DNA of 64,000 nucleotides, taken from Mycobacterium sp. Lineage in GTDB: Bacteria > Actinomycetota > Actinomycetes > Mycobacteriales > Mycobacteriaceae. Below the pieces are notes generated by a model, which saw nothing but the letters and a program-made list of their open reading frames with translations, did not search any database and was not told the DNA's origin. This document shows, piece by piece, positions 22,739 to 33,827 of this stretch (positions are counted from its first letter, which is position 1; each line of letters starts with the position of its first letter). Both the position numbers and the translations under genes were made by a program. The stretch lies in NCBI RefSeq assembly GCF_035274705.1, contig NZ_DATENY010000070.1, positions 1,288 to 65,287 of the forward strand. Reading direction: 5' to 3'.

Positions 22739-24160
22739 TCAAGGGGTCCGAGTCACGGCGGGTGGCTTCCAGGTGCCGTCGATGATGGACGGTGGCGTTT
22801 CCTTCGGCCAGTACAGGCGCATCATCAGGACGAACTTGCCCTGCGGTGCGGGCAGCCAGTTCGCCTCACGGTCCGGACCGGGGTTGTCGTGCTGCAAGTA
22901 GAGGTCCACCGAACCGTCGGGGTTGAGCGCGAAGTTGTTGCGCTGGCTGAGGTTGTAGCGGTTGAGCGGGTTGCTGACGAAGAAGTACCCGGCGTCGTAC
23001 ATCGTCAGCGACCAGAATCCCTCCGCGGGCGGCAGTTGGCCTTTGTCGAAATGCAGCACGTACTTGTTCGCGCCGTCGTACGGCTGGCCCGCGGAGTCGG
23101 CCTCCGAGGTGGGGTAGACGGCGTCCTGTGGCCGGTTGGCCCCTAGGCCGATCGCCGTGATCGTTGCGCGCTGCAGGTAGTCGGTGCCGTACAGCCCAGT
23201 GCCGGTGGTGAATTGCCAGCCGTTGACATCGCTGCCGGCGTCTTTGAAGTGGGCCATGATCTTGTCGAACCCGTCCTTGGGCACCGACTGCAGCGCAGCG
23301 ACGGTATCGGCGCCGAGCTTGTCGATGTCGAACTCTTCCCCCGGAGCAATCCCGAGCTTCGCCATCTTCTCGACGATCGGCGCATCGCCCTCGGCGGGCG
23401 GGTTGTCCTTCATCAGAGTGGCAAGTAGGTCGAAATACGCCTCGGTGCTCAAGCCGTTAACCTGGTCGCGCACAGGCGTTTTCATGTCAACGCTTGGGTC
23501 AACGGTGCCCGGCGCAGGGGTGTAGGGCTTGCCGTAGGAGCTGAGCGGCACCAGCGAGATCTCGTCCTGCATCTTGTGCACGGCCGCGTAGTCCTCGGGA
23601 GTGCCGGTGCAGTAGATGCGGCCCAGCAGCCACACGATCGAAGTCGGGGACTTGTACTCGGTGACCCCCGGCGGCAACGTGCCAGTCCAGCCGGGGCCGG
23701 TGATGGCGTAGGTCTGCGGCCCGGTGCCCGTGGTGCGTTTACCGGGTACCTCGAACACGTCTGTCCAGCCGTCGAGCATCGGAAACAGGTAGTAGCGGCC
23801 GTCGGCCTCGGGGAGGCTGAGCACCCACGGTTCCTCGCCGACATCCACGAACGCGTTGGTATACAGGGTGTCGGCATTGGGCGCCGTCACATCCCGAAAA
23901 GATGCGTTCGGGTACTCGCGCATCCGCATCAGCTGCCCCATCGGTGCGCGCGGAGCGTCGGGCCTTTCGACGTTGGTCATCACCCGACGCGTCATCTCCA
24001 TAGTCACCAGCGGGTAGCCGTAAACGTAGGCGTCCAACGCGATCGCCTTGGCCTCCTCCGGCGAAAGTTTCTCGGGTTCAGGCGACTTCGAGCATGCGGA
24101 CATGCTGGCCATCAATACGGCAGTGCTCAAGATGACAAGCCGCCAATTCCTACCCGTCAC
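22739..24160 (-). CDS. DUF1254/DUF1214-family lipoprotein
   Basis: ORF 22739..24226. Probable GTG start at 24160 (VTGRNWRLVILSTAVLMASMSAC, lipobox). YVYGYPLVTMEMTR (DUF1254 hallmark). C-terminal NPDGSVDLYLQ...ANWLPAP.GKFVLMMRLYWP (DUF1214 hallmark). Confidence 0.75.
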   Translation of the reverse strand: MTGRNWRLVILSTAVLMASMSACSKSPEPEKLSPEEAKAIALDAYVYGYPLVTMEMTRRVMTNVERPDAPRAPMGQLMRMREYPNASFRDVTAPNADTLYTNAFVDVGEEPWVLSLPEADGRYYLFPMLDGWTDVFEVPGKRTTGTGPQTYAITGPGWTGTLPPGVTEYKSPTSIVWLLGRIYCTGTPEDYAAVHKMQDEISLVPLSSYGKPYTPAPGTVDPSVDMKTPVRDQVNGLSTEAYFDLLATLMKDNPPAEGDAPIVEKMAKLGIAPGEEFDIDKLGADTVAALQSVPKDGFDKIMAHFKDAGSDVNGWQFTTGTGLYGTDYLQRATITAIGLGANRPQDAVYPTSEADSAGQPYDGANKYVLHFDKGQLPPAEGFWSLTMYDAGYFFVSNPLNRYNLSQRNNFALNPDGSVDLYLQHDNPGPDREANWLPAPQGKFVLMMRLYWPKETPPSIIDGTWKPPAVTRTP

Positions 24161-24271
24161 GGGTGTGTTCCTTCCGTCCCGGTCACCTGCGGACCAGCCG
24201 ACCGTCAACCTTGCAGCAAATGACACCCGCTCGTCTTGACAATTCGGGACAGATAATTAACAGTCTGGGAC

Positions 24272-25276
24272 ATGGCGGTGATTCGGGGCACGGCGCTGAC
24301 GAATTACCACCAACTGGTCACCGAACTTGGCGGCGACGGCAACGAACTACTCAGCGCAGAGCACATCTCGCCCGCTGATGTCGGCCGGCACGACCGCTTC
24401 ATCTCCTTACCGAACAGTGCTCGCGCACTGGAAGCCACCGCCACGGCGGTGAGTACACCCGACTTCGGGCGACAATTGGCGCGCCGACAGGGCATCGAGA
24501 TCCTCGGCCCCGTCGGTCTGGCGGCACGCAGCGCAGGAACCGTCGCCGACGCATTCGTCATCTTCGACAAGTTCATGGCCGCCTACTGTCCCGCCATCAG
24601 TGCACGCGTGACCGCCCACGCCGACCCGACACTGCGCCGATTCGAGTTCGAATACCTTCTCGACCCGCCACCGCCGCAGGCCCAAGCAATCGAACTGTCC
24701 CTCGGTGTTACCCTGCGAGTGCTGCATCTCTTCCTGGGCAATGGCTATCGGCCTGTGTCCGTTCATCTTCCACACCCTGCCCTCGCCCCGCCGTCGGATT
24801 ACCGGCGCTACTTCGGCTGCGCTCCAGCCTTCTGCGAACCCGTCGCCGGTTTCACGCTGCGCGCCGCCGACCTACAACAGCCGCTGCCCAAAGACCGTCT
24901 CGCCCACCAGACGGCCGTCGACTACCTCGCCGACACCGTGTCCGAGCAGGAACGCAATACAAGCCAGCTGGTTCGCAGCCTCGTCCGGCAACTTCTGCCC
25001 AGCGGTGCAATCACCCTCGGCGACATCGCACTTCAGCTCGGGATGCACCCCAAAGCGCTGCAACGACGGCTCAGCGGCGAGGGGACCACCTTCGCGGAAC
25101 TCGCCGATCAGACCCGTCGCCAAACCGCCGAACGTCTGCTCCTCGACACCGATCTGAGCCTGAACCACGTCTGCCGACAACTCGGCTACGCCGAACAGAG
25201 CGTGTTCACCCGATCCTGCAAACGCTGGTTCGGAACCACACCCAGCGCGTACCGCCAGAATTGCGCCCAGACTTAG
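24272..25276 (+). CDS. AraC-family transcriptional regulator
   Basis: 334 aa. C-terminal double HTH (ITLGDIALQLGMHPKALQRRL..., LNHVCRQLGYAEQSVFTRSCKRWFGTTPSAYR). Confidence 0.8.
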   Translation: MAVIRGTALTNYHQLVTELGGDGNELLSAEHISPADVGRHDRFISLPNSARALEATATAVSTPDFGRQLARRQGIEILGPVGLAARSAGTVADAFVIFDKFMAAYCPAISARVTAHADPTLRRFEFEYLLDPPPPQAQAIELSLGVTLRVLHLFLGNGYRPVSVHLPHPALAPPSDYRRYFGCAPAFCEPVAGFTLRAADLQQPLPKDRLAHQTAVDYLADTVSEQERNTSQLVRSLVRQLLPSGAITLGDIALQLGMHPKALQRRLSGEGTTFAELADQTRRQTAERLLLDTDLSLNHVCRQLGYAEQSVFTRSCKRWFGTTPSAYRQNCAQT

Positions 25277-26130
25277 TCGTTCACCACCGCATGGATCTCG
25301 TCGATCGACCACGGCGGCGAGCCGTTGTGGTCGCGATACGCGAGGATTGACGGCGACGGGCGGTCGAAGCGGCCAACGAAACCGCCTGCAGCGATGAAGA
25401 TCTGGCCGGTGACGTCCTTGGCGAGGTCGCTGGCGAGGTACGCGTATGTCGGCGCGACGTAAGCGGGTGGGGGAGCGTCGAGTGCCGCTTGCATGCTGAC
25501 GTCGTCGAGCAGGCCGCGGCGGCGCAAGGCGACGATGTGGGCGCCGTAGTCCGCACCGGTCGACAGCCGCGTCTTCGCGCCTGGGCAAACCACGTTCGCG
25601 CGGACCCCGTACTCCTTCAGTTCCGCGGCGATCGCCATCGTCAACCCGTTCACGCCACCCTTACCCGCCGGGTAGCCGGTTCCGCCGTAGTCGCCGAGAT
25701 ATGCGAATGAGCTGGTGTTGATGATCGAACCGCCGCCCTGCGCCACCATCTTCGGCGCCACCGCTCGGCACGTCTCGAACGTCGTGCCGAGATGCGCGTC
25801 AACCAGGTCGTGAAACTGGGCGCTGGTCACGGTGAGGATCGACTCGCTGGCCAGCCCCGCGGTGCCCGCGCAGTTCACCAAGACGTCGATCCGGCCGAAC
25901 TCCTGGATGCACGTGTCGATCAACGCGTCTGCGACGGCGGGCTCGGCCGGGGAGCCCGCGAATGCGACCGCACCGGTAATGCGTTGGGCCGCTTCGGCGG
26001 CCGCGTCCTTGTCTCGCCCGTTAACCACCACGCCGGCACCCTGCGCTGCCAGGAGTTCGGCTACCGCAAGACCGATGCCGCGGCTGCCACCGACAACGAT
26101 GGCGCCGCGGCCGGCGAGAAGAGCGCTAAT
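25273..26130 (-). CDS. short-chain dehydrogenase/reductase (start codon unresolved)
   Basis: The Rossmann motif VVGGSRGIG begins about 11 codons after position 26130, followed by NCAG and the YxxxK-type YPAGK. The only canonical in-frame start is TTG 26277, deep inside the upstream gene. ATT at 26130 is the only nearby candidate. Confidence 0.65.
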   Translation of the reverse strand: MSALLAGRGAIVVGGSRGIGLAVAELLAAQGAGVVVNGRDKDAAAEAAQRITGAVAFAGSPAEPAVADALIDTCIQEFGRIDVLVNCAGTAGLASESILTVTSAQFHDLVDAHLGTTFETCRAVAPKMVAQGGGSIINTSSFAYLGDYGGTGYPAGKGGVNGLTMAIAAELKEYGVRANVVCPGAKTRLSTGADYGAHIVALRRRGLLDDVSMQAALDAPPPAYVAPTYAYLASDLAKDVTGQIFIAAGGFVGRFDRPSPSILAYRDHNGSPPWSIDEIHAVVND

Positions 26131-26566
26131 CCTTCTTGTCCGGCTCGGAGAACTGCATGGCGTCCATGTTCCAGTAGCCGCGCAGATTTGTGAGCAGGCC
26201 GGTGTCGTTGACCGTGTAGGTGAACACCCCCCGCACCGTGCTGACCATGCCGTTCTCAAACTTGCTGCGCAACACAAGAATGTGGGCGACCTCGTCGGGC
26301 GAGCTGGACGGGAAAGTGTCCTCGCAGGTGACCCTCAACTCGTTGGGCGCGATGTTGGCGTCGTAGAACCCGCCGACGGCTTCCTTACCGCGCAGGCCGT
26401 TGCCGTCTGGATTGGTGAAGGACTTCCCGATCGGATCCTCGATGACGACGTCGTCGGCCATCAGCGCCAGCCAACCCTCTTTGTCGTGTGCGTGGACGCA
26501 GCGCCACGAATTGTGGGACGCGGCAAGGGCAGGCGTCTTCTCGACGGTCTCTTGGGGCATTTTCAC
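26126..26566 (-). CDS. NTF2/SnoaL-like (ketosteroid-isomerase-fold) protein
   Basis: 146 aa. GTG start. Typical SnoaL-like length and pattern (W..V...D.EGWLALMADDVVIEDP). Plausible Rv0760c equivalent. Confidence 0.7.
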   Translation of the reverse strand: MKMPQETVEKTPALAASHNSWRCVHAHDKEGWLALMADDVVIEDPIGKSFTNPDGNGLRGKEAVGGFYDANIAPNELRVTCEDTFPSSSPDEVAHILVLRSKFENGMVSTVRGVFTYTVNDTGLLTNLRGYWNMDAMQFSEPDKKD

Positions 26567-26575
26567 TCCTTCTTG

Positions 26576-28573
26576 TTAGATGGCGCAGGCTGCGCGGGCG
26601 CCGTCCTCGGTGGCCTTACGGATCAGCCCGAGCCCGGTGCAGTCGCCCGCGGCGTGCACAGCGACATTGGGCAGGGCGGCGACGAGCTTCTCGTACAGTT
26701 CGGTGTTCGGTTGCAGGGTGCCCGCGACGACGACGCTGTCCGCCGCGAGCCTGCGGCTGCTGCCGCCGTATGGGGTGAAGTCCACACCGGCGGGTACGAT
26801 CTGGTCCACCGCGGCGCGCACATGCACCGTGACACCCAATCGGTCGAGCCGGTCCATGTGCTCGGTCTTGCGCTTGTTGCCCAGTTCCGGCGCGATCGTC
26901 TTGTCCGCCTCGAGCACCGACACGAGCCGGCCACGCGCGGCGAGGAATTCGGCGAGTTCGAGCGCTACCAGATCGGCACCGACGATCACGACGCGATGGC
27001 CGAGCGGCATCCACGCCTTGGACGCCAACCGGACAGCCCTGGGACGAACCAGCCGCTGTCGCCAGCCGCTGAACTGCTCCCGAAGCGCTTGGCCGGTTTG
27101 CACATGCGGTAGCGCGCTACCGGGGATGGTCGGAACGACGACCTGGCCGCCGTTGGCCACCACCACCGCATCGGGCCGCAGGGCGACGGTGTCATCGGCC
27201 GAAACCTCGTGTCCCAGTTCGAGCCTCACCGAGCTGCGGCCAACCTCGTCGCGCAGCCACCGCAGGAACGGTTCGTTCTCGGGATGCAGGATCGACGCCC
27301 AAAGCAGTGCGCCGCCGGTCTGGTTGTTGCGCTCGAATAGGGTCACGTGGTGGCCGCGCTCTGCGGCCACTCGCGCCGCCTCCATGCCTGCCGGCCCGCT
27401 GCCGATCACCATCACCTTCTTGGGTCGGGATGCGCGGGGTGCGGTCAGCTCGCTTTCCTTGCCGGTGCGGGGGTTGACCGCGCAGTCGACCGAGAAGCGC
27501 TGTTCCATGGCGTCGATGCAGTTTTCGCACGAGATGCACTTCCGGACGCGGTCGGCGCGTCCGGAGGCGATCTTGTTCGGCAGCTCGGCGTCGGCCAGCA
27601 TCGGGCGGCCCATCGCGATGAAGTCGGCGCGGCCGTCGGCGAGGATCTGCTCGGCGCGCTCGGGGTCGTGGATGCGGCCGACGGCGATCACCGGCACGTC
27701 GACCACCTGCTTCACGGCCGCGGCGGCGCCGACGTTGAGTGCGTCGCCGTCGTCGGCGGAGTTGACCATGCCGGTGACGAGCCGGTCGATCACGCCACCG
27801 CTGACGTGGAATGCGTCGACGCCCGCGGCCACCAGTTGCGGTGCCACCTGGGCGGTTTCGAAAATCGGGCGGCCGCCTGCGACCCGTTCGTAGCCGGAGA
27901 TGCGCAGCGTGACGGGCAGCGCATCGCCGATTTCCGACCGGATGGCGGCCAGGGCTTCTAGGACCACGCGGATGCGGCCTTTGACCGAGTCGCCGCGGTA
28001 GTCGTCGGTGCGGCGGTTGCGCTGCGGCGCCAGGAACGAGCCGAGGAACATGTAGCCGTGCGCGGCGTGCAGTTCGATGCCGTCGTAGCCGGCTTCGGCG
28101 GCTCGCCGCACCGCTGCCTTGAACAGGTCGAACACCTCGACGAGTTGCTCGTGGGTGACCTCGGCAGACGGCCTGCCGGTCAGGTACGACGGAATGACCG
28201 ACGGCCCAATCGAAGTCACGCCGTGCATCTCCGGACCGAGCCCGTCCGGTCCCGCGTGCACGATCTGCGGTTGGATCTTGGCGCCGTGCTCATGTACGGC
28301 CTCAACCAGGGCGCGGTGGGCGTCGACGGCCGCGTCGGTACCCAGGTGCAGGCCGCCCGGCGTCTCGGGATGGTGGTGGTCGATGCCGGTGGCGCCCACG
28401 GTGATCAGCCCGACGCCGCCCTTAGCCCGGGCGGCGAAGTAGTCCCGGGTGCGCTCCGATGGAAGCCCGTCCGGTGTGCCGTACATGGTCTCCATCGGAG
28501 ACATCACCAGCCGGTTGCGCAGGGTCATCGAGCCGATCTGGCCCGGCTGCAAGAGATGTGGGAACTGCTTCAC
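26576..28573 (-). CDS. NADH:flavin oxidoreductase / 2,4-dienoyl-CoA reductase-like (OYE domain + FAD/NAD(P) domain)
   Basis: 665 aa. OYE N-terminus (LRNRLVMSPM, GYDGIELHAAHGY). 4Fe-4S Cys cluster CISCENCIDA. C-terminal VMVIGSGPAGMEAA dinucleotide fold. Confidence 0.85.
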   Translation of the reverse strand: MKQFPHLLQPGQIGSMTLRNRLVMSPMETMYGTPDGLPSERTRDYFAARAKGGVGLITVGATGIDHHHPETPGGLHLGTDAAVDAHRALVEAVHEHGAKIQPQIVHAGPDGLGPEMHGVTSIGPSVIPSYLTGRPSAEVTHEQLVEVFDLFKAAVRRAAEAGYDGIELHAAHGYMFLGSFLAPQRNRRTDDYRGDSVKGRIRVVLEALAAIRSEIGDALPVTLRISGYERVAGGRPIFETAQVAPQLVAAGVDAFHVSGGVIDRLVTGMVNSADDGDALNVGAAAAVKQVVDVPVIAVGRIHDPERAEQILADGRADFIAMGRPMLADAELPNKIASGRADRVRKCISCENCIDAMEQRFSVDCAVNPRTGKESELTAPRASRPKKVMVIGSGPAGMEAARVAAERGHHVTLFERNNQTGGALLWASILHPENEPFLRWLRDEVGRSSVRLELGHEVSADDTVALRPDAVVVANGGQVVVPTIPGSALPHVQTGQALREQFSGWRQRLVRPRAVRLASKAWMPLGHRVVIVGADLVALELAEFLAARGRLVSVLEADKTIAPELGNKRKTEHMDRLDRLGVTVHVRAAVDQIVPAGVDFTPYGGSSRRLAADSVVVAGTLQPNTELYEKLVAALPNVAVHAAGDCTGLGLIRKATEDGARAACAI

Positions 28574-29637
28574 CGTGCGAAGCGGCCGGCGAACGCGCGC
28601 AGCGGCAGGTCGGCGCTCGTGACGACCCCCGGCGCAGCATCGACGACCGCGCGAATGGAGTTCAGCGCGGGCAAGCCGGTCACCGTCATGCCGATCGTCG
28701 CGAACGACTCAGCCGACGAGAAGTCCCTGGCGGGCTTGGGCAGGATCATGTGCTTGCTATAGATGCACGGGTCGCCGTCGATCTTGGTGATGTAGCAGCC
28801 CTGGATGTCCCAATGCGGCTCGGTGTGCGGGGTCATCTGCCAGTCCATCCGCAACTCGACCCGCTTGACACCGCCGACCGTGCCCACGTATCGCAGCACG
28901 CAGCCGCCCAGTGAGCCCGCCGGCAGCTGGTACCAGCCGAGGTCGACATCCTTTGTGCAGGCGCCTAACTGGTAGGAGAACTTCACTCCGCTTGATCCGG
29001 GGTCGAGCTCGATGTCGAGGCAGTCTGCCATCAGCCGGACAGCGTCTTCGAACACGCGGGTACCGAGCTCGAGCAGCCGTGGCACCTCGGGGTCGTCGAT
29101 CGGTCGGCCGAAGCCGCAGTTCGCCCAGGTTTCCGCCGAGTGATGGCAGGACACGTCAACCGACTCGATGCACGTGACGCTCTCGATGTCGGCGACGTCG
29201 GCAGAATGCACGATCGTCAGGATCTGCGCGAGCCCGGGGTTCATGCCTGTGCCGTAGAACGTCGCGTTGCCCCGCTTACAGGCGGCCTGCAGGATGTCCG
29301 ACTCCGTGGTGTCGCGGTGGTGCCCGGTGATCCAGTCGGCCGTGGTGACGACGTTGATGCCGGCCTCCAGCACTTGCACGTAGAGGCCGACGTCGGGCCA
29401 AACCCCATGGAATGTCACGCAATCCGGGCGGCCAGCCAGGATTTCGTCGACCGTGCCGGTCGCCATGACACCGATCGGACCGATGCCGGCGATCTCGCCG
29501 ACATCGCGCCCGACCTTGTCCTGCGAGTAGCAGTGCAGCCCGACCAGCTCCAGGTCCGGATGATTCTGGATACGTTTGATCATCTCGGTGCCGACGTTCC
29601 CCGACGCCACCTGGAAAACCCGCAACGGGCTGCTCAT
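28570..29637 (-). CDS. NAD(P)-binding oxidoreductase of the DapB-N-terminal-like / amine dehydrogenase type
   Basis: 355 aa. N-terminal Rossmann VFQVASGNVGTEMIKR. 4-nt overlap with the upstream gene. Family assignment is tentative. Confidence 0.6.
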   Translation of the reverse strand: MSSPLRVFQVASGNVGTEMIKRIQNHPDLELVGLHCYSQDKVGRDVGEIAGIGPIGVMATGTVDEILAGRPDCVTFHGVWPDVGLYVQVLEAGINVVTTADWITGHHRDTTESDILQAACKRGNATFYGTGMNPGLAQILTIVHSADVADIESVTCIESVDVSCHHSAETWANCGFGRPIDDPEVPRLLELGTRVFEDAVRLMADCLDIELDPGSSGVKFSYQLGACTKDVDLGWYQLPAGSLGGCVLRYVGTVGGVKRVELRMDWQMTPHTEPHWDIQGCYITKIDGDPCIYSKHMILPKPARDFSSAESFATIGMTVTGLPALNSIRAVVDAAPGVVTSADLPLRAFAGRFAR

Positions 29638-29644
29638 AAGGCTC

Positions 29645-30772
29645 CTACCGATCGTCGTCCGTGTAGCGGATCACGCCGCGAATGTTCTTGCCGTCCAGCA
29701 TGTCCTGATAGCCCTCGTTGATCTGTTCCAGCTTGTACTGCCGGGTGATCATGTCGTCGAGGTTGAGCTTGCCTGCCTTGTACATCGACAGCAGCTGGGG
29801 GATGTCGTAGTGCGGGTTACCGCCACCGAAGATGGTGCCCTGCAAGTTCTTCTGCATCAGGGTCAGCATCGCCAGGTTCAGCGTCACCTGGGTGTCGAGC
29901 AGGCTGCCGATCGCGGTTGCGACGCACGTGCCGGCTTTGGCGGTGATCATCAGGTAGGAGTCGATGTCCTCGCCCTTCAGCTCACCCATGGTGAGGATGA
30001 CCTTGTGCGCCATGAATCCGGCGGTGACCTCTCCGATGCCCATCAGCGCGGCGTTGATGTCCGGATACACATGGGTGGCACCGAATTTCAGCGCAGCGTC
30101 ACGTTTCCACTCGACCGGCTCGATGACGAAAACGTGCCGTGCGCCGGCGGTGACTGCGCCCTGCAGCGCCGACATGCCCACGCCTCCGACGCCGACGATC
30201 GCGACGTCCTCTCCGGGCCGGATGTTGGCGGTCCGCACCGCGGAGCCGTAGCCGGTGGTCACGCCGCAGCCGACGAGGCAGGCGACCTCGAACGGAATCG
30301 ACGGGTCGATCTTCACCACCGAGCTTTCGTGAACCACCATGTACGGCGAGAAGGTGCCCAGGAGCGTCATCGGGAAGACGTTTTGGCCCTTCGCCTGGAT
30401 CCGGAACGTGCCGTCGGAAACGGCCGCGCCGTTGAGCAGCCCGGCGCCCAGGTCGCAGAGATTGCGTAGACCCGCCTGACAGGACGGGCATTTGCCGCAC
30501 GACGGGATGAACGACAGCACGACGTGGTCGCCTGGCGCAATGTCTTCGACGCCCTCGCCGACCTCGGTGACGATGCCAGCGCCTTCGTGGCCGCCGAGCA
30601 CCGGGAACCCACCCATCGGGATGCCGCCGGTGACTAGATGGTGGTCGGAGTGGCACATCCCCGACGCCTCCATCTGGATCTTCACCTCGTGTCGATGGGG
30701 GTCGCCGATCTCGATCTCCTCGATCGACCACGGCTGGTTGAACTCCCAGATGAGAGCCCCTTTTGTCTTCAT
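29645..30772 (-). CDS. adhB: zinc-dependent (NDMA-type) alcohol dehydrogenase AdhB
   Basis: 375 aa. GMCHSDHH, GHEGAGIV, CGKCPSC, GVGGVGMSA. Rv0761c position. Confidence 0.9.
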   Translation of the reverse strand: MKTKGALIWEFNQPWSIEEIEIGDPHRHEVKIQMEASGMCHSDHHLVTGGIPMGGFPVLGGHEGAGIVTEVGEGVEDIAPGDHVVLSFIPSCGKCPSCQAGLRNLCDLGAGLLNGAAVSDGTFRIQAKGQNVFPMTLLGTFSPYMVVHESSVVKIDPSIPFEVACLVGCGVTTGYGSAVRTANIRPGEDVAIVGVGGVGMSALQGAVTAGARHVFVIEPVEWKRDAALKFGATHVYPDINAALMGIGEVTAGFMAHKVILTMGELKGEDIDSYLMITAKAGTCVATAIGSLLDTQVTLNLAMLTLMQKNLQGTIFGGGNPHYDIPQLLSMYKAGKLNLDDMITRQYKLEQINEGYQDMLDGKNIRGVIRYTDDDR

Positions 30773-30842
30773 CGCGTCCTGCTTTCGTCGGAGAACTGTA
30801 GCGACAGATTAAGTTACCTAGGTCACACTTGGGTACGGCGGG

Positions 30843-31426
30843 TTACCAGATCGGCGACGGAGCTTTCCCCAGCGGGTAGTAGCCCGGGACCTTCTCGCCG
30901 GCCATGCCGCGCTCGATGCGCTTCTGCATGCCTTCTGACAGCTTGCCTGCCTTGATCAGGTCCATGTACAGCGCCGAGACGTGGCCGAAGTCGAAGAAGT
31001 CGCGCTGCCATTCGATCTTGGCGGCCCCGTCGATCTCGGTCAGGCGGAACCAGCTGCCGCCGATGCCGTACACCTCGAATTCTTCGGAGTCCGTCACTCG
31101 GTCTGTTGCGCCGGCTCCGCCGGCGATCTGCTTCCAGAAGCCGACCACCTCGCCGATCTTGTCGTCGATGACCACCCGCTGGTACGGGTAGCGCCAACCC
31201 TCGAGGCCTTCCATCTCCTGGCCCAGCGCGATGTCGCGGATCTCCTCGATGCCGACGCACATCACGTCTTCCTTGGGCCCGATGTTCCAGCCGTAGGTGG
31301 CATCGTCGGTGTAGAAGTTCGCCAAAACCCGCCAGTCACCGGTTCTTTCGGCTTTCCGGTTGGCCTCGAGCCACTGCTCGACGAAGTCTTCGAGCTTCTC
31401 GCGAGACAGCCCACCTTTTTCGGGCA

Positions 31427-31427
<1 letters not shown>
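30843..31427 (-). CDS. conserved hypothetical protein (Rv0762c-like)
   Basis: ORF 30843..31475, trimmed to MPEKGGLSREKLEDFVEQWL. The start shares 1 nt with the ferredoxin stop. Confidence 0.7.
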
Positions 31428-32999
<1,572 letters not shown>

Positions 33000-33003
<4 letters not shown>

Positions 33004-33818
33004 GATTCCTCCGTCTCGATCTTCAGCTTCTGACGCTCTGTGACACTGGCCAGTGGCGCTTCCGGCTGGATCTCCATGTTCGCGATGAACCCGCCGCGCG
33101 GCGTTTCGGCCACAAAGGCGATGCACCGAGCCAGATCCTGCGGGCGCAGGAAGTAGTCGTGGCGGGCCTGGCCCCACTTGGCCCAGTCCTCCAACGCCGG
33201 CCCGATCGATTCGGGGGGCAGGCTCCACCCCATGGCGGTCTTCGTCGGACCGGGATGCACGATCGATGCGCGAACGCCCGTGCCTTCCAATTCCATCTGC
33301 AGGTTGGTGACCATCGCGACAAGTGCCGCCTTGGCGGCGCCGTAGGCGCCCATATGCGGACGCTGGCGCAGCGCGACGTCGGATCCGACGAAGACGAGGT
33401 CGCCGCGTTGACGCTCCACCATTCCGGGCAGCACGGCGGTGGCCAACCGGTTGGCGCCGATGAGATGGATCTGTACCTGCGATTCGAAGGTGTCCGTGCT
33501 GATTTCGTGCAGCCGGCCGAAGTATGTGTCGCCCGCTCCGGCGACCAGCAATTCGATGTCACCGAGTTCCTCGGTGGCGCGGTGCACGAACCCCTTCACC
33601 GACTCCGCGTCGGTGACGTCCAGCGGGAGCGCGACGGCTTCGCCTCCCGCAGAACGGATCTCGTCGACCAGCTCCTGACACTTCTCGACACGGCGCGCAC
33701 CAAGCGCCACAGGGAAGCCGCGGCCGGCGAGCTCGACAGCCGTCGCCGCTCCGATACCGGACGAGGCACCTGCGACGATCGCGGGTCTGCGGTCAGGGAG
33801 TGGGTCGAACCGGGGCAT
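33000..33818 (-). CDS. short-chain dehydrogenase/reductase (Rv0765c-like)
   Basis: 272 aa. VAGASSGIGAATA, YGAAK. Confidence 0.85.
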
Positions 33819-33827
33819 GCTTACCTT

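Noticed and set aside
25273-26277. The TTG-initiated 334-aa version of the SDR ORF.
   Set aside because: The first 49 codons (MCCAASLRTAWSARCGGCS...) overlap the NTF2-like gene in another frame and look non-coding. The start problem is kept as a separate finding rather than accepting this start.
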